This document shows, in pieces, positions 37,201 to 48,338 of a DNA stretch of 64,000 nt. A model generated the notes under the pieces. That model saw only the letters and a program-made list of their open reading frames with translations, did not search any database and had not been told where the DNA came from. The DNA is from Felis catus (Eukaryota). The position numbers and the translations under genes are program-made. How positions within the stretch are numbered: position 1 is the stretch's first letter; the number at the start of each line of letters is the position of its first letter. Location of the stretch: contig NC_058369.1 in NCBI RefSeq assembly GCF_018350175.1, positions 22,322,001 to 22,386,000 of the forward strand, written 5' to 3'.

Positions 37201-39143
37201 TTCTTGTAATTTTTTACTGTCTGCCCTCCCAACAGACAAAAACCTTCATGTAAAAAGGGATCACTTCTGTCTCGTTCACTATCTATGCCCAGTGCACAGC
37301 GCACAGGATCCTAGGAGATATTGAAAGCAGCACTTTCACATGGCTGGCGTGATGTTAAACAGTACTTCCCAAGCTTTTTTGTGCTATGGCAGACATTTGT
37401 CCAGCAGACTGGAGTGAAAAGATGAAACTGCTTGCCATTGGAGATACCTGTACCTCATTAATGGCACACAGGCTGCAGCACATTGATCAGAAAGCTCTGG
37501 GGTAGTAATGGCAGTTTTCCAAAGCATGGACAAATATTTTTTAACAACTACATATTTATTTTAACATTTCAGGAAAAAACTAGCCAGTACATCCCACACA
37601 TCACTTCCTGAATATTATTACTTAAATAACACCAAGTAAAAGAAGTTATTAAGCAAATAATGGATATGAAAAAACCATAGAGAACACGGAAAAACTAAAG
37701 GGTGTTCTACAACTGACTGGATTAAGGAAATGTTGCTATAGTGGTTAAGGGCCCAGGATCTGGATTCACAGATTTGTCTTCAAATTCATACTGCACCACT
37801 TCCTTGCTCTAGATGAGGTTCCTACCTCACAGAGCTATTGTGAGGCTTAAGCGAATTGATCCTGCAGCCCAGGGTCCGTCTAACCTTCCAAAGTTCTGCA
37901 CTGCCTTCAGAAGAGACCAGACTCTTTCTTTATGCCTCTCATGATAGGCCCCGCTACAATCTCCTGTCCCACCTCTCGCTCCCTCTTCTTCCTCACTTCC
38001 AGACACCCTGATCACCAACACTTGATCTCCTCTCCTGACCCAGGTCTCTTCCACACTGCTCTCCTTCCGAGATTTCCCCCAACTCCTAATCACTCTTTGG
38101 GTCTTAGTCCAAACGTCATTTCCTTTAAAACCTTCTCAGACCATCAGGGCCAGAGGAGACACCTGCTGTGTGTGCCCAACACTTCCCTATGGCCTTCTGT
38201 ACTAGCCCATCTGACACCATATGCCCTGATACCTGCTGCCCAACTGTGAGCTCTACCCTCCTGCCTCCCAGTCACAGAATGCTAAAGAATCATACATGGT
38301 GGGAATGTGCAAGGCCCATACAGACCATCCAGCCTGCCCCCTCAACTAGAAGGGCGGAGAAACAGGCCAGGGCAACAGTAACTATCACCCTGGGGGATTC
38401 CCATGAGCCAGCACGGTGCTAAACATCCTACAGCTGCCTGAACAGTTGGGTGTTATCCTTAACCCAGCCACCAGTTAGGAAGCTGCCTCACAGATGTCCA
38501 ACGTGAAATTCTGACCACGTAAATGCCTTATTTTTGCTATGAATTTACCCATTTTCCTATGGGAATGTTGGTATTTTTTCATTCATCAGTAGGAATACAC
38601 ACACACAGGTCCTTTGCCGGTCATGCTACGACAAATAATTTTTTTCTGGTTGGTATGACTTCATCTTGTTCTGATTTTGACACACAAACTCTTCTTGTCC
38701 ATTCAGACGATCGTCTGCCTTTTCCTTGTTTTATGCTGGAATCGGCCTCCACTCCCAAAGATAGCCTTCACACAGGAAAACGCCTGCACCGCCAAGTGTC
38801 CCTGCCCGGCGCTAAACTCCACCTGCGCTCACTGACACTCCACAGCTGCTTGGAAGGCAGGCAAGGGGCCGGGGCCCATACCGCGGCCGACCGGAGAGAC
38901 AACCACCACCCGCGCCAGCCACGAGGGTGGGGGCCGGAAACCTTGCCTCGCCTCCTGCCTTTTCACCCCCGCCCAACCGGAAGGCCTTCTTCGAGACCCG
39001 CCCCCTGCGCCGCGCCGCACCTCCTGCAGCGATTCCGGCACCAGCGCTGGCACGATGGGTCGTTTCACGCCGCGCTGCTCCTTCTCCTTCTCTCCGCCCT
39101 TCTCTTTCCCGTTCTCAGCGTCCCCCTTCTCCGCCTGGGTCAT
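23279..39143 (-). CDS. ACTR8: Actin-related protein 8 (INO80 complex subunit Arp8), spliced gene span, 13 exons, 1875 nt = 624 aa
   Basis: [15 protein letters not shown]... to ...[14 protein letters not shown]; all exons in phase with GT-AG. Confidence 0.98.
24225..24388 (-). CDS. ACTR8: ACTR8 exon 12
   Basis: [21 protein letters not shown]...VDVITRPK. Confidence 0.96.
25107..25371 (-). CDS. ACTR8: ACTR8 exon 11
   Basis: [19 protein letters not shown]...[12 protein letters not shown]. Confidence 0.96.
26312..26452 (-). CDS. ACTR8: ACTR8 exon 10
   Basis: [17 protein letters not shown]...[10 protein letters not shown]. Confidence 0.96.
26852..27302 (+). mobile_element. Nested Can-SINE pair (inner copy 27047-27268)
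   Basis: Outer TSD AAAAGCTGG(T/C)TTAGCA; inner TSD AAAATAAACACTAAACA. Confidence 0.93.
27440..27535 (-). CDS. ACTR8: ACTR8 exon 9
   Basis: [32 protein letters not shown]. Confidence 0.96.
28215..28454 (-). mobile_element. Can-SINE
   Basis: Reverse body ending CAGGCGCCCC; TSD AACAT(T/G)GTTAC. Confidence 0.92.
28542..28695 (-). CDS. ACTR8: ACTR8 exon 8
   Basis: [28 protein letters not shown]...ETFCHLDQ. Confidence 0.96.
29833..30051 (+). mobile_element. Can-SINE
   Basis: Full length; TSD ATTTCATTTCTAA-like. Confidence 0.93.
30072..30294 (-). mobile_element. Young SINEC_Fc inserted at the tail of the preceding SINE
   Basis: CpG-rich, near-consensus; duplicated T(A)nTTCATTTCT. Confidence 0.93.
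30398..30530 (-). CDS. ACTR8: ACTR8 exon 7
   Basis: [43 protein letters not shown]. Confidence 0.95.
30747..30840 (-). CDS. ACTR8: ACTR8 exon 6
   Basis: [31 protein letters not shown]. Confidence 0.95.
31084..32740 (+). mobile_element. 5'-truncated carnivore L1 (ORF2 3' end + 3' UTR), antisense to ACTR8
   Basis: TACTACAAAGCTATAATAATCAAGAC..AAATGCAAATCAAAACCACAATGAGATATCACCTCACA..TGTATGTCAACTATACTTC-A tail. Confidence 0.92.
31484..31616 (+). repeat. Degenerate (CTATAA)n array inside the L1
   Basis: Repeated CTATAA/CTATAG between two AACTATTGGAG copies. Confidence 0.85.
33037..33210 (-). CDS. ACTR8: ACTR8 exon 5
   Basis: [30 protein letters not shown]...EIPLKDLK. Confidence 0.96.
33288..33376 (+). 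mobile_element. Extremely 5'-truncated young feline L1 3' end
   Basis: GGGCATTGAAGAGGGCATCTTTTGGGATGAGCACTGGGTGTTGTATGGAAACCAATTTGACAATAAA + polyA; TSD ATCTAAGA. Confidence 0.85.
33421..33618 (-). mobile_element. Can-SINE
   Basis: TSD CATTTGCTCACTATTCTAA on both sides. Confidence 0.93.
33761..33865 (-). CDS. ACTR8: ACTR8 exon 4
   Basis: [35 protein letters not shown]. Confidence 0.96.
34525..34635 (-). CDS. ACTR8: ACTR8 exon 3
   Basis: [37 protein letters not shown]. Confidence 0.95.
35877..36047 (-). CDS. ACTR8: ACTR8 exon 2
   Basis: [24 protein letters not shown]...LLREGLN. Confidence 0.96.
36777..37000 (+). mobile_element. Can-SINE
   Basis: Typical body; flanking TCTCTTGATTT duplication. 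Confidence 0.9.
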
Positions 39144-39440
39144 CGCGGCCGCTGACAAACCCCGACCTCCAGCCTCAGGGACGCACCGCGCCCGCCGGAG
39201 CCGGCTGGGCCCCCGCGCACGCGCAGCCTCCCAGCCTGGTGCCCGGCAGCCAAGATGGCCGACGGACAGCCGCCCCAGAGGCTTCCGGGAAAGCGGAGGG
39301 GCGGCGCTGTCCAGAGGAGGACGGGGCGGGAGTGGGGCGTGGATGGGTGGGTGTTGCTGTGATTTGTCCTGGCGGTGGGATGCCCGAAGCCTCCTTGTTT
39401 TTCCTTTCGAGCGCTACACCCGGCATCGCGTTTTGCTCTC
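38800..39440 (-). promoter_or_regulatory. ACTR8 CpG-island promoter
   Basis: CpG-rich around exon 1; GC boxes, ETS-like TTCCGG, YY1-like CAAGATGGC. Confidence 0.85.
39021..39143 (-). CDS. ACTR8: ACTR8 exon 1
   Basis: [47 protein letters not shown]. Confidence 0.96.
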
Positions 39441-39559
39441 ACAATAGGAAGCCTCTATTCTTGGTTTCCTAGACCCTAAATGCTCCTACTTTTCCTCATA
39501 CTGCGCTGGTTAGGTTCAGAACAGCTTCTGATGTTAAGGTTTTGAGTTAGGGCGCCTCT

Positions 39560-40400
39560 CTCCGCACCCCTTGGATGACTTTATCCGGTTTCATGGCTTT
39601 GCATATGAATATAACTCCCAAGTTCATGATTCCAGTCTGGAAGTGACCCTGAGATCCAGACTGATAACCAACAGCCTATTTGGTATCTCCACGTGTATGT
39701 CCACAAGGCACAGCAAACTTACATGCGTCCAAACTGGAACTCTTGATACCCGCGCCATCCCCTCCGCCCCCAGCCTACTCCCATTTTCACCATCTCAGTA
39801 AACATCACTTTGATTCTGCAGTTGTCCAATCTATCAGTAAATCCTGCAGTCTCTAAAATATATCTTGAATGAATCCACTTCTCCATCCCTACGGTTACCT
39901 AGTCCAAACTACTATCCTGTCATCTGGACTGCAACAGCTTAACCCAACTCCCTGCTTCCATCTTGTCCTCCTGCAATGTGTTCTTAATGCACTTGCCCAA
40001 ATGTCAACTTCTAAATTATGAAGTAATCAATACCATCTATGCAGCATTCCACTTAATACCACCTGTGAGTTATCTTGGACAAAAATTAAACCCCTGCTTT
40101 ACTCTCATGGTTTCCCCTTGTTCGTGGAACAGAATCTAAACAAACTCACCATAGCCTAGAAGGCCATTCTTAACCCAGTTTCTGCTACCTCTAAGTTCAC
40201 CTCATCTCTTTCCTTCTGTTGGCATTTCCGGCTACCCTTGCTTTCTTTCAGCTTCTCACCCGTGCCAAGCCCTTCCCTTCATTGGACCATTGCTCTTGTT
40301 GTTCCCTTTGTCTTGGGTGCTCTTCCTCAGCTGGCTCATTCTCATCCTGTCTCAACTCAAATGTCACCTCAGAGAAGACTCCCCCAGTTACCTTGTCATC
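39560..40400 (+). mobile_element. L2 LINE relic (other L2 pieces ~37000-37320 and 49900-50460)
   Basis: ACTCCCAAG..TCCAGACT..CAACAGCCTA..ATCTCCACGTG..CCAAACTGGAACTC L2-like pattern. Confidence 0.6.
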
Positions 40401-40954
40401 TTATTTCCTTTGAAGCAGGAATTAAATCTGTACTTAGCTTGCTTGATATTTGATGAAGTCAGGACTATAGGATAACCCTAAAGAAGAGTACTGCAGAGCA
40501 GTGCTGGGCAGGGGCAGGGCGGCAGGGATCACCAATCACATGCACAGAGAAGCCTGTCACTTCCTGAGACTCTGTCCTGGTCTCCTCCCCACTACAGCCT
40601 TAGGTGGAGGTTTGACAGAATGACCCTGCCGTTCACCAGCCATACAATCTGGACATCATAAAACTTTGCTGACCCTTTGCATGTTATCTGTATAATGCAA
40701 TGTCATCTACCTAACCCAGTGCATCAGAATTAACAATATGTGAAAGATAAAATGTCTCACGGGCTTGAGTGGTCAATAAACTGTCTTTATTATTCTTCTC
40801 CTTAAAATTGTGTTATAATTGTCCCTTTCCTTATGTTTGAAGACCAGTGTCTCATGCCACTACATCCTCATTTCCTGACAAACAGGGTTAAATAAATGCT
40901 TCTAAATAAAATATAAAAATGCTTTTACCTGAAATTTTGTTTCAAAGACTGCTG

Positions 40955-41173
40955 GGGGCCCCTGGGTGGCTCAGCTCAGTCAGTTAAGCAGCCGACTTCA
41001 GCTCAGGTCATGATCTTGCGGTCTGTGAGTTCTAGCCCCACGTCGGGCTCTGTGCTGACAGCTCAGAGCCTGGAGCCTGCTTCCCATTCTGTGTCTCCCT
41101 CTCTCTGACCCTCCCCTGTTGATGCTCTGTCCCTCCCTGTCTCAAAAATAAATAAACGTTAAAAAAAAAAAAA
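40955..41173 (+). mobile_element. Can-SINE
   Basis: TSD TTCAAAGACTGCTG. Confidence 0.93.
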
Positions 41174-41604
41174 TTCAAAGACTGCTGAACACAAAGCAGA
41201 ATTATCTGTATTATTCGTTTTTCCAACAAATATTGCAGGGCCTATCACATTTAATCACTATTCAAAGCACTGGGGTAAAAAAGACAAAAATCCCTAACCT
41301 CATAGAGCTTCCATTGTAGTGAAAGAATATGAGAGTTACTAGCATTCATGGGGGTGAAAGCCAACAGGCAGTATCTTAAGCAATGGTTTAGAATTCAAAT
41401 TTGTGAAGACAGCACAGAAGCCTATGATATTAAACCCACCTAGCCAATCTTCATTTTGTATGTAGCTCAGGTTTGTTGGTTATGGCTTTATAAATACCCT
41501 AATTATATTTGGTAGCAAATCCGATATTTTGTATTAAAGATTCACAGGACAAATATGTTTTGAGATAAAATTGTATGCATACTATTGAAATAAATACAAT
41601 GTGA

Positions 41605-41695
41605 TTTATTTATAAATGAGAACAAATTAACAGTGAATAGTATTTCAGAAGTTAAAAAGGAGACACTAGTTGTACTGAATACACAACCTTTTATT
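41605..41695 (-). terminator. Two candidate SELENOK polyA signals (41690-41695 and 41605-41610)
   Basis: TTTATT on + downstream of the SECIS. Confidence 0.55.
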
Positions 41696-41837
41696 TTTCT
41701 TCAAATTTGGAGTTTTTTAATTATACAAAGATGACAAATCAAGTTTTGTAACCTAAAAATATTTACTTATTAAAACTATATTAATACTTTCATAAACTAT
41801 ACAAAAAAGAATGAGACAAACATGTGCATTTATAGAA

Positions 41838-41909
41838 CTGCATGTCAGTCATGCCAGATCCCTGGGGAGGGAATTCCCAGCACGACCTCATCTGTCTGTG
41901 AGGACACAG
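41838..41909 (-). promoter_or_regulatory. SECIS element (type II) of SELENOK
   Basis: Minus strand AUGA-G-GUCGUGCUGG-GAA-UUCCCU-CCCC-AGGGAU-CUGGCAUGAC-UGA: GA/GA core, fully paired 10-bp helix II, apical AA and mini-stem; helix I CUGUGU/AUGCAG. Confidence 0.88.
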
Positions 41910-42032
41910 AGCAATTCTCGTTTAGACATACACATTCATTTGCTTGTCCAGCACGGTCAGTCCTCTACCTCTTGATGGTTTCCTTCTGCTATGGATGTGC
42001 ATGTCCAGTTGTCTGCTTCTTAGAGCAGACAT

Positions 42033-42036
42033 TTAC
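42033..42036 (-). CDS. SELENOK: SELENOK exon 5 coding part (G + TAA)
   Basis: TTTTAG|G TAA completes the Arg codon and gives the true stop. Confidence 0.9.
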
Positions 42037-45000
42037 CTAAAAGAAAGCATTATAAGTTAATAGTTATTAATTTGGATCTGCACAAAAAAGTCCAACTATC
42101 TTTTTTTTTTTTTTTTACCTGTTTTCAAAACACACTTTGATAATACAATTCAACAAATTTTTAAGGGTTGAGATATTTTTCCATACAAGATGTCTGAATA
42201 ATTACAAAATGTTGGGCAACTTCTGTTTTCCTAAAGAAAACTTCCCTAGGAAGGTATTTTCAAAACGAAATCTCTGCACAGTAATTTCAGATTTCACGGT
42301 ACCTTCCTCATCCACCAGCCATTGGAGGAGGACTAGGGCCACGCAGATGATTAATTCGACCCATTCTTCTGGGAGGGTTTCCTGGTGGCCTAAAAGAAAA
42401 ATTTCTACTGTTTAGTAGACATCAAGTGGTTCCTTTCAAACACTCAAACAGACCCTCTTCTCTATTTAAAATAGGAATTACCAACTAGGTCAGGAGTTGA
42501 GAAAATTCAAACCCCTACAGGGACCAGACACTTAATGCACATGAGGAAGTGGGTCAAGCAAGGACTGTGATGGCCTGAACAGTGTCTCCTGTAAATAAAT
42601 GCCCAACTGAAACTCCGCTCCATGGAAGTGCTGCTTGATCTTCTCTGGTTTTTCTTAGCAGTGGAAATCCAGATTCCACAGTGAAAATCTCTAGATTTAA
42701 TGTTGGTCATCACTTTCAGCCTCTAATTTAGACTTTGCCCAGAGGATATTTGATATACATCTTAGCTTTATCAAATTGACTCTGGTTATGAAATCAGAAG
42801 CAACTTGATTTAATTTACGGCAATGCATTAATCTTGTGAAATAGAATTTAAACCTTTTATTTCCATGAGCCAAACTATATCTATCTATCCATAATATCTA
42901 ATTTAATTAAAATTACAGACTGGTAAAAATATCTATTATCAACTTAGAAAGCTCTACCCTCTTCCATCATCATATCTGGAATCAGAGGAGTTTCCGTAGC
43001 CTCTTCTCTTTTTCACATCTTGCTGAAGCAGAGTCTTGAAACTGAAACAAGGGGCAGAAAACAACAGAAATACCGCTTTCAACATAAAATGTATTTCCAT
43101 GGTTTCAATTATATCTGTGAGAAGATAACTAAAACCAACTTAGTTCCAACCCCACATTTTTCAAAGCCAGCTGGACAGCACCATCTAGCACGAGCATATG
43201 TCTGCATTTGTGCCATGTTCTGGGCAAAAGCTACCACTCCTGTCCTTCATATGTGCTAATAACTCTCCTTGACGGAGTCTAGGAGTGACTCTGAAACGAG
43301 AGCCATGCCCAACTTCCTCCCTCTACTCTACATCAGTTGTCAAGTCCCAGAGTCTGTTTTCACAGCATTGCACATTCATTTCCCCTGCACTTCCCCAGCC
43401 AACAGCCTACTTGATGGTACCTTGCTGAGGGAGGAGCCCAAGGTAGTATGCTAGAGACACAGGGCTTCTGGGAATCCATTTGGATGGAATTTTATTGGTA
43501 GAGGGAGACGAATTTAAGTTAAAACAATGTTGGTTTTTTTTTAAGTTGGTTTATTTATTTGCTTCCTTATTGATTGATTGATTGATTCATTCATTCATTT
43601 AGAGAGACCATGAGCAGGGGAAGGACAGAGAGGAAGGCGAGAAAATCTCAAGCAACCTCTGTACTGTTAGCATAGAGCCCAGCGCAGGGCTCGAAATCAC
43701 GAACCATAAGGTCATGACCTGAGCCGAAACCAAAAGACAGCCACTTAAGGGGCGGAGCCACCCAGGAGCCCCTAAACCAATACTTTAAATAAACAACAGA
43801 GAATAGGCGAAGCTTGTAAGAGACTTTAGTGAAGTTTTGCAGTAGGCAAATTAAGGACCCTCTGTCCCACTGTATTTTTCTATGGAACCATCTCTTCCAT
43901 TTTTTCTTTAACCCCTTTAAACTTATGCTACATGCAGCCATCAGATTATTTTTCTACACCACAGCTACAATCCAATTAAGTGTAAAGATCGCAGTCTGCT
44001 ATTCAAACTTCTTTGCCGTCTTTCCTGTGTTTTTTCCACCTTCCACAATCACATCCAACCCAATACCCATTGTAATATGAATTAGAGTCAATAAAGGAAG
44101 GGGCGATCTCTCGTATCTCTGCATCCCTGCAGTTCTCTGCTATGTGACATTCAAACGTATATTCAAACTTAGCATGAGTAAGACTTGTTGGTAATTGATG
44201 AATAATTTTTACAAAACAGCATGGGAAAGACCAGAAAAATGCATTTAACTAAGAATTGCTTGGACTTATAGTAAAGTTTAAGTTTTTGTCTCCTGTATTG
44301 ATGTTAACAATTGAAAAAACAACTTTACTCCTTGGGATATTTTTTTATCAAGATCTAATTCCCCTTGTTTGTTTATTGTACAATATGGAATAAAAGCTGC
44401 ACATATCCATTACAGCTGGAATAGTAGAGAGAAAGTGAGGCACTGTCATTTGGCATTAGAATACGGAGGCCTGGCTCCAGAGCTGCAGACTGAAATCGTT
44501 ACCACTAAGGCTAAGACACAGTCAAGCTTTACTAACTCCACTATCAGATTCATACTCGTAAGATGTTTGGGGGCAGCTTCATCACCAAAGAAGTCTTCAT
44601 TTCCCTTAGAAGAGCTAATGATAATAATAAAAAACTTACAATTAAAAACTGCTTCAGGAAAGCTCAGCTTGTGTAAGATACTCCACATAATGTATCCAAT
44701 GTATTTCCGTTAACTGAAATATCAGGGCTATTAAGAACATTATTAATTATTACACTTACAACAAAACCACGAACTCAGCTATTCCCCAAAAGAAATCTGT
44801 TATCAAAGATAATCTCCATGGGGACTGACTCCGGCTGTCCAACACTTGTCCTACAGACAAGAAAAAAGAAACTTCAGTTAGTGCTACAAATCCCTGACAC
44901 AAGATATATTACAATTAATCACTTAGGAAACATGAGACTCAGTTTTCGACCTGTTCACTGTTCAGATGGTCAGCACAAGGAAAGGTCTGTTCTATGTGCA

Positions 45001-48000
45001 TCCTTCTAAGGAAGGGTTCAGGGAAGTAAAGCTCAATGATCTAGGGGTCATACTTTTAATACGTCAAATGCCTTCCTATGTTCTTAATTTTGGTGAGTTA
45101 CACTTCAAGTATTTTTTCTCTTTTTCAATTGCGGTAAAATAGGCTTTAAAATTTTCCATTTTAACCATTTTTAAGTGTACAGCTCTATGGCATTAAGTAC
45201 ATTCACACTGTTGTACAACGTTCACCATCATCCATCTCCAGAACTTTTTTACCTTCCCCAACTGAAACTCTGTACCCATTCAACACTAACTCCCCTTTTC
45301 TCCCTTCTCCTAGTCCCTGGCAACCACCATTCTACTTTGTCTCTATGAATTTGACTGCTCTAGGAACCTCATTATGAGGAATCATACGGTATTCTGACTT
45401 TGGTGGTAGGCTTTGGTCTTCAAGTTTCATCCATGTTGTAAATGTGTCAAAATCTCCTTTTTTAAGGCTGATTCATATCGCATCATATGTATGTACCACA
45501 TTTCGCTCATGCGTGCGTACATCCTTGGGTTGCTTCCACCTACTGGCTGTTGTGACAATGCTAGCATGAATGAATACTGGTGCATGAATCTCTTTACTCA
45601 AGTATTTTGAAGAAACAAATGGAATGAGTGAATATAAAAAATGTTTACACTACTTCCATCTTCCTAAATGTGTTCAAAATATTTCTTTTCACCTGCAAAG
45701 TCTCTTTCCTGGATTAAAAAATATATATATATACACACTCTTACAATTGTTTAGAATCAGTTATGTTAAAATTTTCAGACATCAAAGAATTTGTGTGCTC
45801 TAAGTATGAAAGAGAATTTGCCTTGTTCATTAAAATAACCACATTTTTCTGTAACGGGATGCTGTTGATTCTAATTATAGACTCCAGTTTTATCTTAAGC
45901 ACAAACAAACCTATTTTTCAAACCACTTTAAATAATGGAAGTTACAACATGAAAAGTTAGTTCTCTAAGGTTTTTAGCCTTGCAAATCAAGATGTCAGAA
46001 TATTTTGGGAGAAGAACTACGTGCCAACCTCTCCTCTCCATTTGCTCAAGGGCTTCCCCATACTCACTTTCACCCCCTCAATCAGGGTCTACAATTCCTC
46101 TTTCTTTGACAGTCTTTCAGGGATTCACTTGGACCTGAGGTCTCAAGGGAGCTATTGAGAAAAAAGGGATACACTTCAAGACAGAGCGTGGCTGCCTCTT
46201 ACTAGCTCTGCTTCGTTGGCTGGTGGGACATTTTCCTTCTCTGAAAAGAAGTATTCCCAGGCTAGTAATATAGGATTATTCAAAAAGAAGTCATTTGACA
46301 GTAAGAAAAATGTTTTGCTGACTGTAAAGTGCTGATAAATTCAGTCCTTCTAAAAGAGATTTAACTAGAACATACCAATTCTCTTTGCGATTCTAAGGAA
46401 CGCTTTGCAATGTTCTACCTCATGTTTGGTACTTTCTCTCCTAGTTTCTGAAGGCAGAAACCTCCCCTCCCAACATATGCAGAAGGAAATAACTTGCTTG
46501 GATGCAGCTGGCATTTCTCAACTATAAAAGTGACATAAAAGAACTTAAAGGGAACTTTGTGTTATTTATGTGGATCCAATAGGACAATGCATACACAGAA
46601 AGACCCACTACAAAGAATTACTCAATAATGCATAAATAGAAGCTGCCAGCCTTACCCACAAAGGATATAACACAAAGTCTGCAAGTGCCCAAAATAAGAT
46701 GAAACTTTAATGTTTTTGTTTAGTGTCCATAAACCTACTTGTTTCAAAGATTAAAAAAGAAAAAAAATTAAGTTTATTTATTTTAGAGGGGTGCCTGGGT
46801 GGCTCAGTCAGTTAAATGTCCGGCATCCGACTTGGGCTCAGGTCATGGTCTCCCAATTTGTGAGTTCGAGCCCCGCATCGGGCACTGTCTGACAGCTGGG
46901 AGCCTGGAGCCTGCTTCAGATTCTGTGTCTCCCTCTCTCTCTGCTCCTCTCCTGCTCTCACTCTGTCTCTCTCTCCTTCAAAAGTAAATAAACACTAAAG
47001 CTTATTTATTTTGAGAGAGAGAGAGACAGAGAGAGAGAGAGAGGATCCCAAGCAGGTGCAGCGCTTGGGTGGGTGGGAGGGGGGAGGGCTGGGGGGGGGG
47101 GGTAACTCAGGAACTGTGAGATCATGCCCAGAGCCCAAATCAAGAGTGGGATGCTCAACAGACTGAGCCATCCAGGTGCCCCTCAAAGATTTTTAATTGG
47201 GAGAAGAGGAGGCAGAGATTTTGAAGAGCAAAGAAATGCAAAGTGCACCCAGCCAGACTTCTCCCCATCACACCTTAATCATCTCTGAAGACGGATGATT
47301 CAAATAGAACAAGGACCTCCCTAGCTCCAGTGATCCTACTGGTTAAGATTGCACTAAGGCATTGATTCCACCTGAGTCAAACAGGTGGGCGGGCACTTTT
47401 GGCAGCGGTCTGACCCAGTGATCTTGTGTCCTTCCTTTCCAGACACTTTCTTCGTGGAGTCTCTGAATTAAGCCTCTTCTCTGATTCTCTACTCCAGGAA
47501 CAGTTACCTTTGTTCCTACAGGGGGCGGGGCTTCTCCCTGTGCCCCTTGGAATTAGGGCAAAACAACTGCGTGTGTGACTAGCCACCTACTCCTGGCGGG
47601 TGGAGCCTATCCAGTTTTTAAGTTTATTTATTTATTTTGAGAAAGAGAGAGCAAGCAGGGGAGGTGCAGGCAGAGAGAGAATCCTAAGCTGGCTCTGCGC
47701 TGTCAGCCTAGAGCTCGAGATGGGGCTCGATCTCTCAGTTCGTGAGCAGTGAGATGGAAATCAAGAATCGGACCTTAAACGACTGTGCCACCCAGGTGCC
47801 CCCTTATCCTATATATCTAGTTCTCTTTACAGGTTTTAGAGAAAGACCGGCTAGTAGATACCAGCAAGGACCCTGCCGACAGTCGCCTCCCTTCGTCTGT
47901 GATGCTGAGCAACCTAGTGGACCTTGCTGCGCGTCAGTCCTCACCCCTAAACGGGACAATAAACTACTACGTGAATAGGGCTGCCACAGAGGCCGAATGG

Positions 48001-48338
48001 GTTGATCGGGAAGAGCGCTATCACTGCGCCCCAAACACAGGCACCGCGCAGACGGTGTCGACCCTGTTGTCATGCCTCGTGAAACACGCGAAAGCCCACG
48101 TTCGCGAGACCCACAGTCAGAAGCTGGGCGAGGGCGCCGGGCAGCCGGCACCGTCGTCACCACCGGGACCTCGGCCCCCGCCCGCGGGCTCAGGGACGCT
48201 CGGCTGACGCGGCGCAGGCCCGGGCGACTCCGGGAAAGCCGGGCCGGCGGGCGAGGATGGAAGAAACCCGGGTCGGCCCTCGCAGGCCAGCGGTCGCCCT
48301 CGCGGCCCCTGCGACTCACCATTCGAGATGTAAACCAT
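42033..48338 (-). CDS. SELENOK: Selenoprotein K, spliced gene span, 5 coding exons, 94 aa with Sec at the third-last residue
   Basis: MVYISNGQVLDSRSQSPWRLSLITDFFWGIAEFVVLFFKTLLQQDVKKRRGYGNSSDSRYDDGRGPPGNPPRRMGRINHLRGPSPPPMAGGUGR; UGA at 42310-42308; SECIS in 3' UTR. Confidence 0.97.
42303..42389 (-). CDS. SELENOK: SELENOK exon 4 (contains Sec UGA)
   Basis: PPGNPPRRMGRINHLRGPSPPPMAGG-TGA-GGA-AG|GTAC. Confidence 0.96.
42958..43041 (-). CDS. SELENOK: SELENOK exon 3
   Basis: FKTLLQQDVKKRRGYGNSSDSRYDDGR. Confidence 0.96.
43534..43772 (-). mobile_element. Can-SINE in SELENOK intron 2
   Basis: Reverse body ending CCCAGGAGCCCC; ATTG/ATTC-expanded tail. Confidence 0.88.
44760..44850 (-). CDS. SELENOK: SELENOK exon 2 (TM segment)
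   Basis: QVLDSRSQSPWRLSLITDFFWGIAEFVVL, AG/GTAAGT. Confidence 0.96.
45120..45600 (-). mobile_element. L1MB-like 3' end in SELENOK intron 1
   Basis: TTAACCATTTTTAAGTGTACAG..GGCATTAAGTACATTCACA..CCATCTCCAGAAC..AACTGAAACTCTGTACCCATT. Confidence 0.75.
46753..47182. mobile_element. Minus Can-SINE with a plus Can-SINE (46788-46996) nested in its tail
   Basis: Outer TSD TCAAAGATT; inner duplicated AAG(T/C)TTATTTATTTT. Confidence 0.85.
47615..47803 (-). mobile_element. Can-SINE
   Basis: Reverse body ending CACCCAGGTGCCCC. Confidence 0.88.
48320..48338 (-). CDS. SELENOK: SELENOK exon 1 coding part
   Basis: AAGATGG start, MVYISN(G)|GTGAGT. Confidence 0.95.

Noticed and set aside
38523..39472. Several ORFs over the ACTR8 promoter, including an MSAAA N-terminal extension
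   Set aside because: CpG-island artefacts; the extension starts at a TTG, and the conserved start is ATG 39143
41889..41942. Second SECIS-like pattern AUGA-N12-AAA...GA upstream of the called SECIS
   Set aside because: Helix II cannot be paired convincingly, unlike the fully paired downstream element
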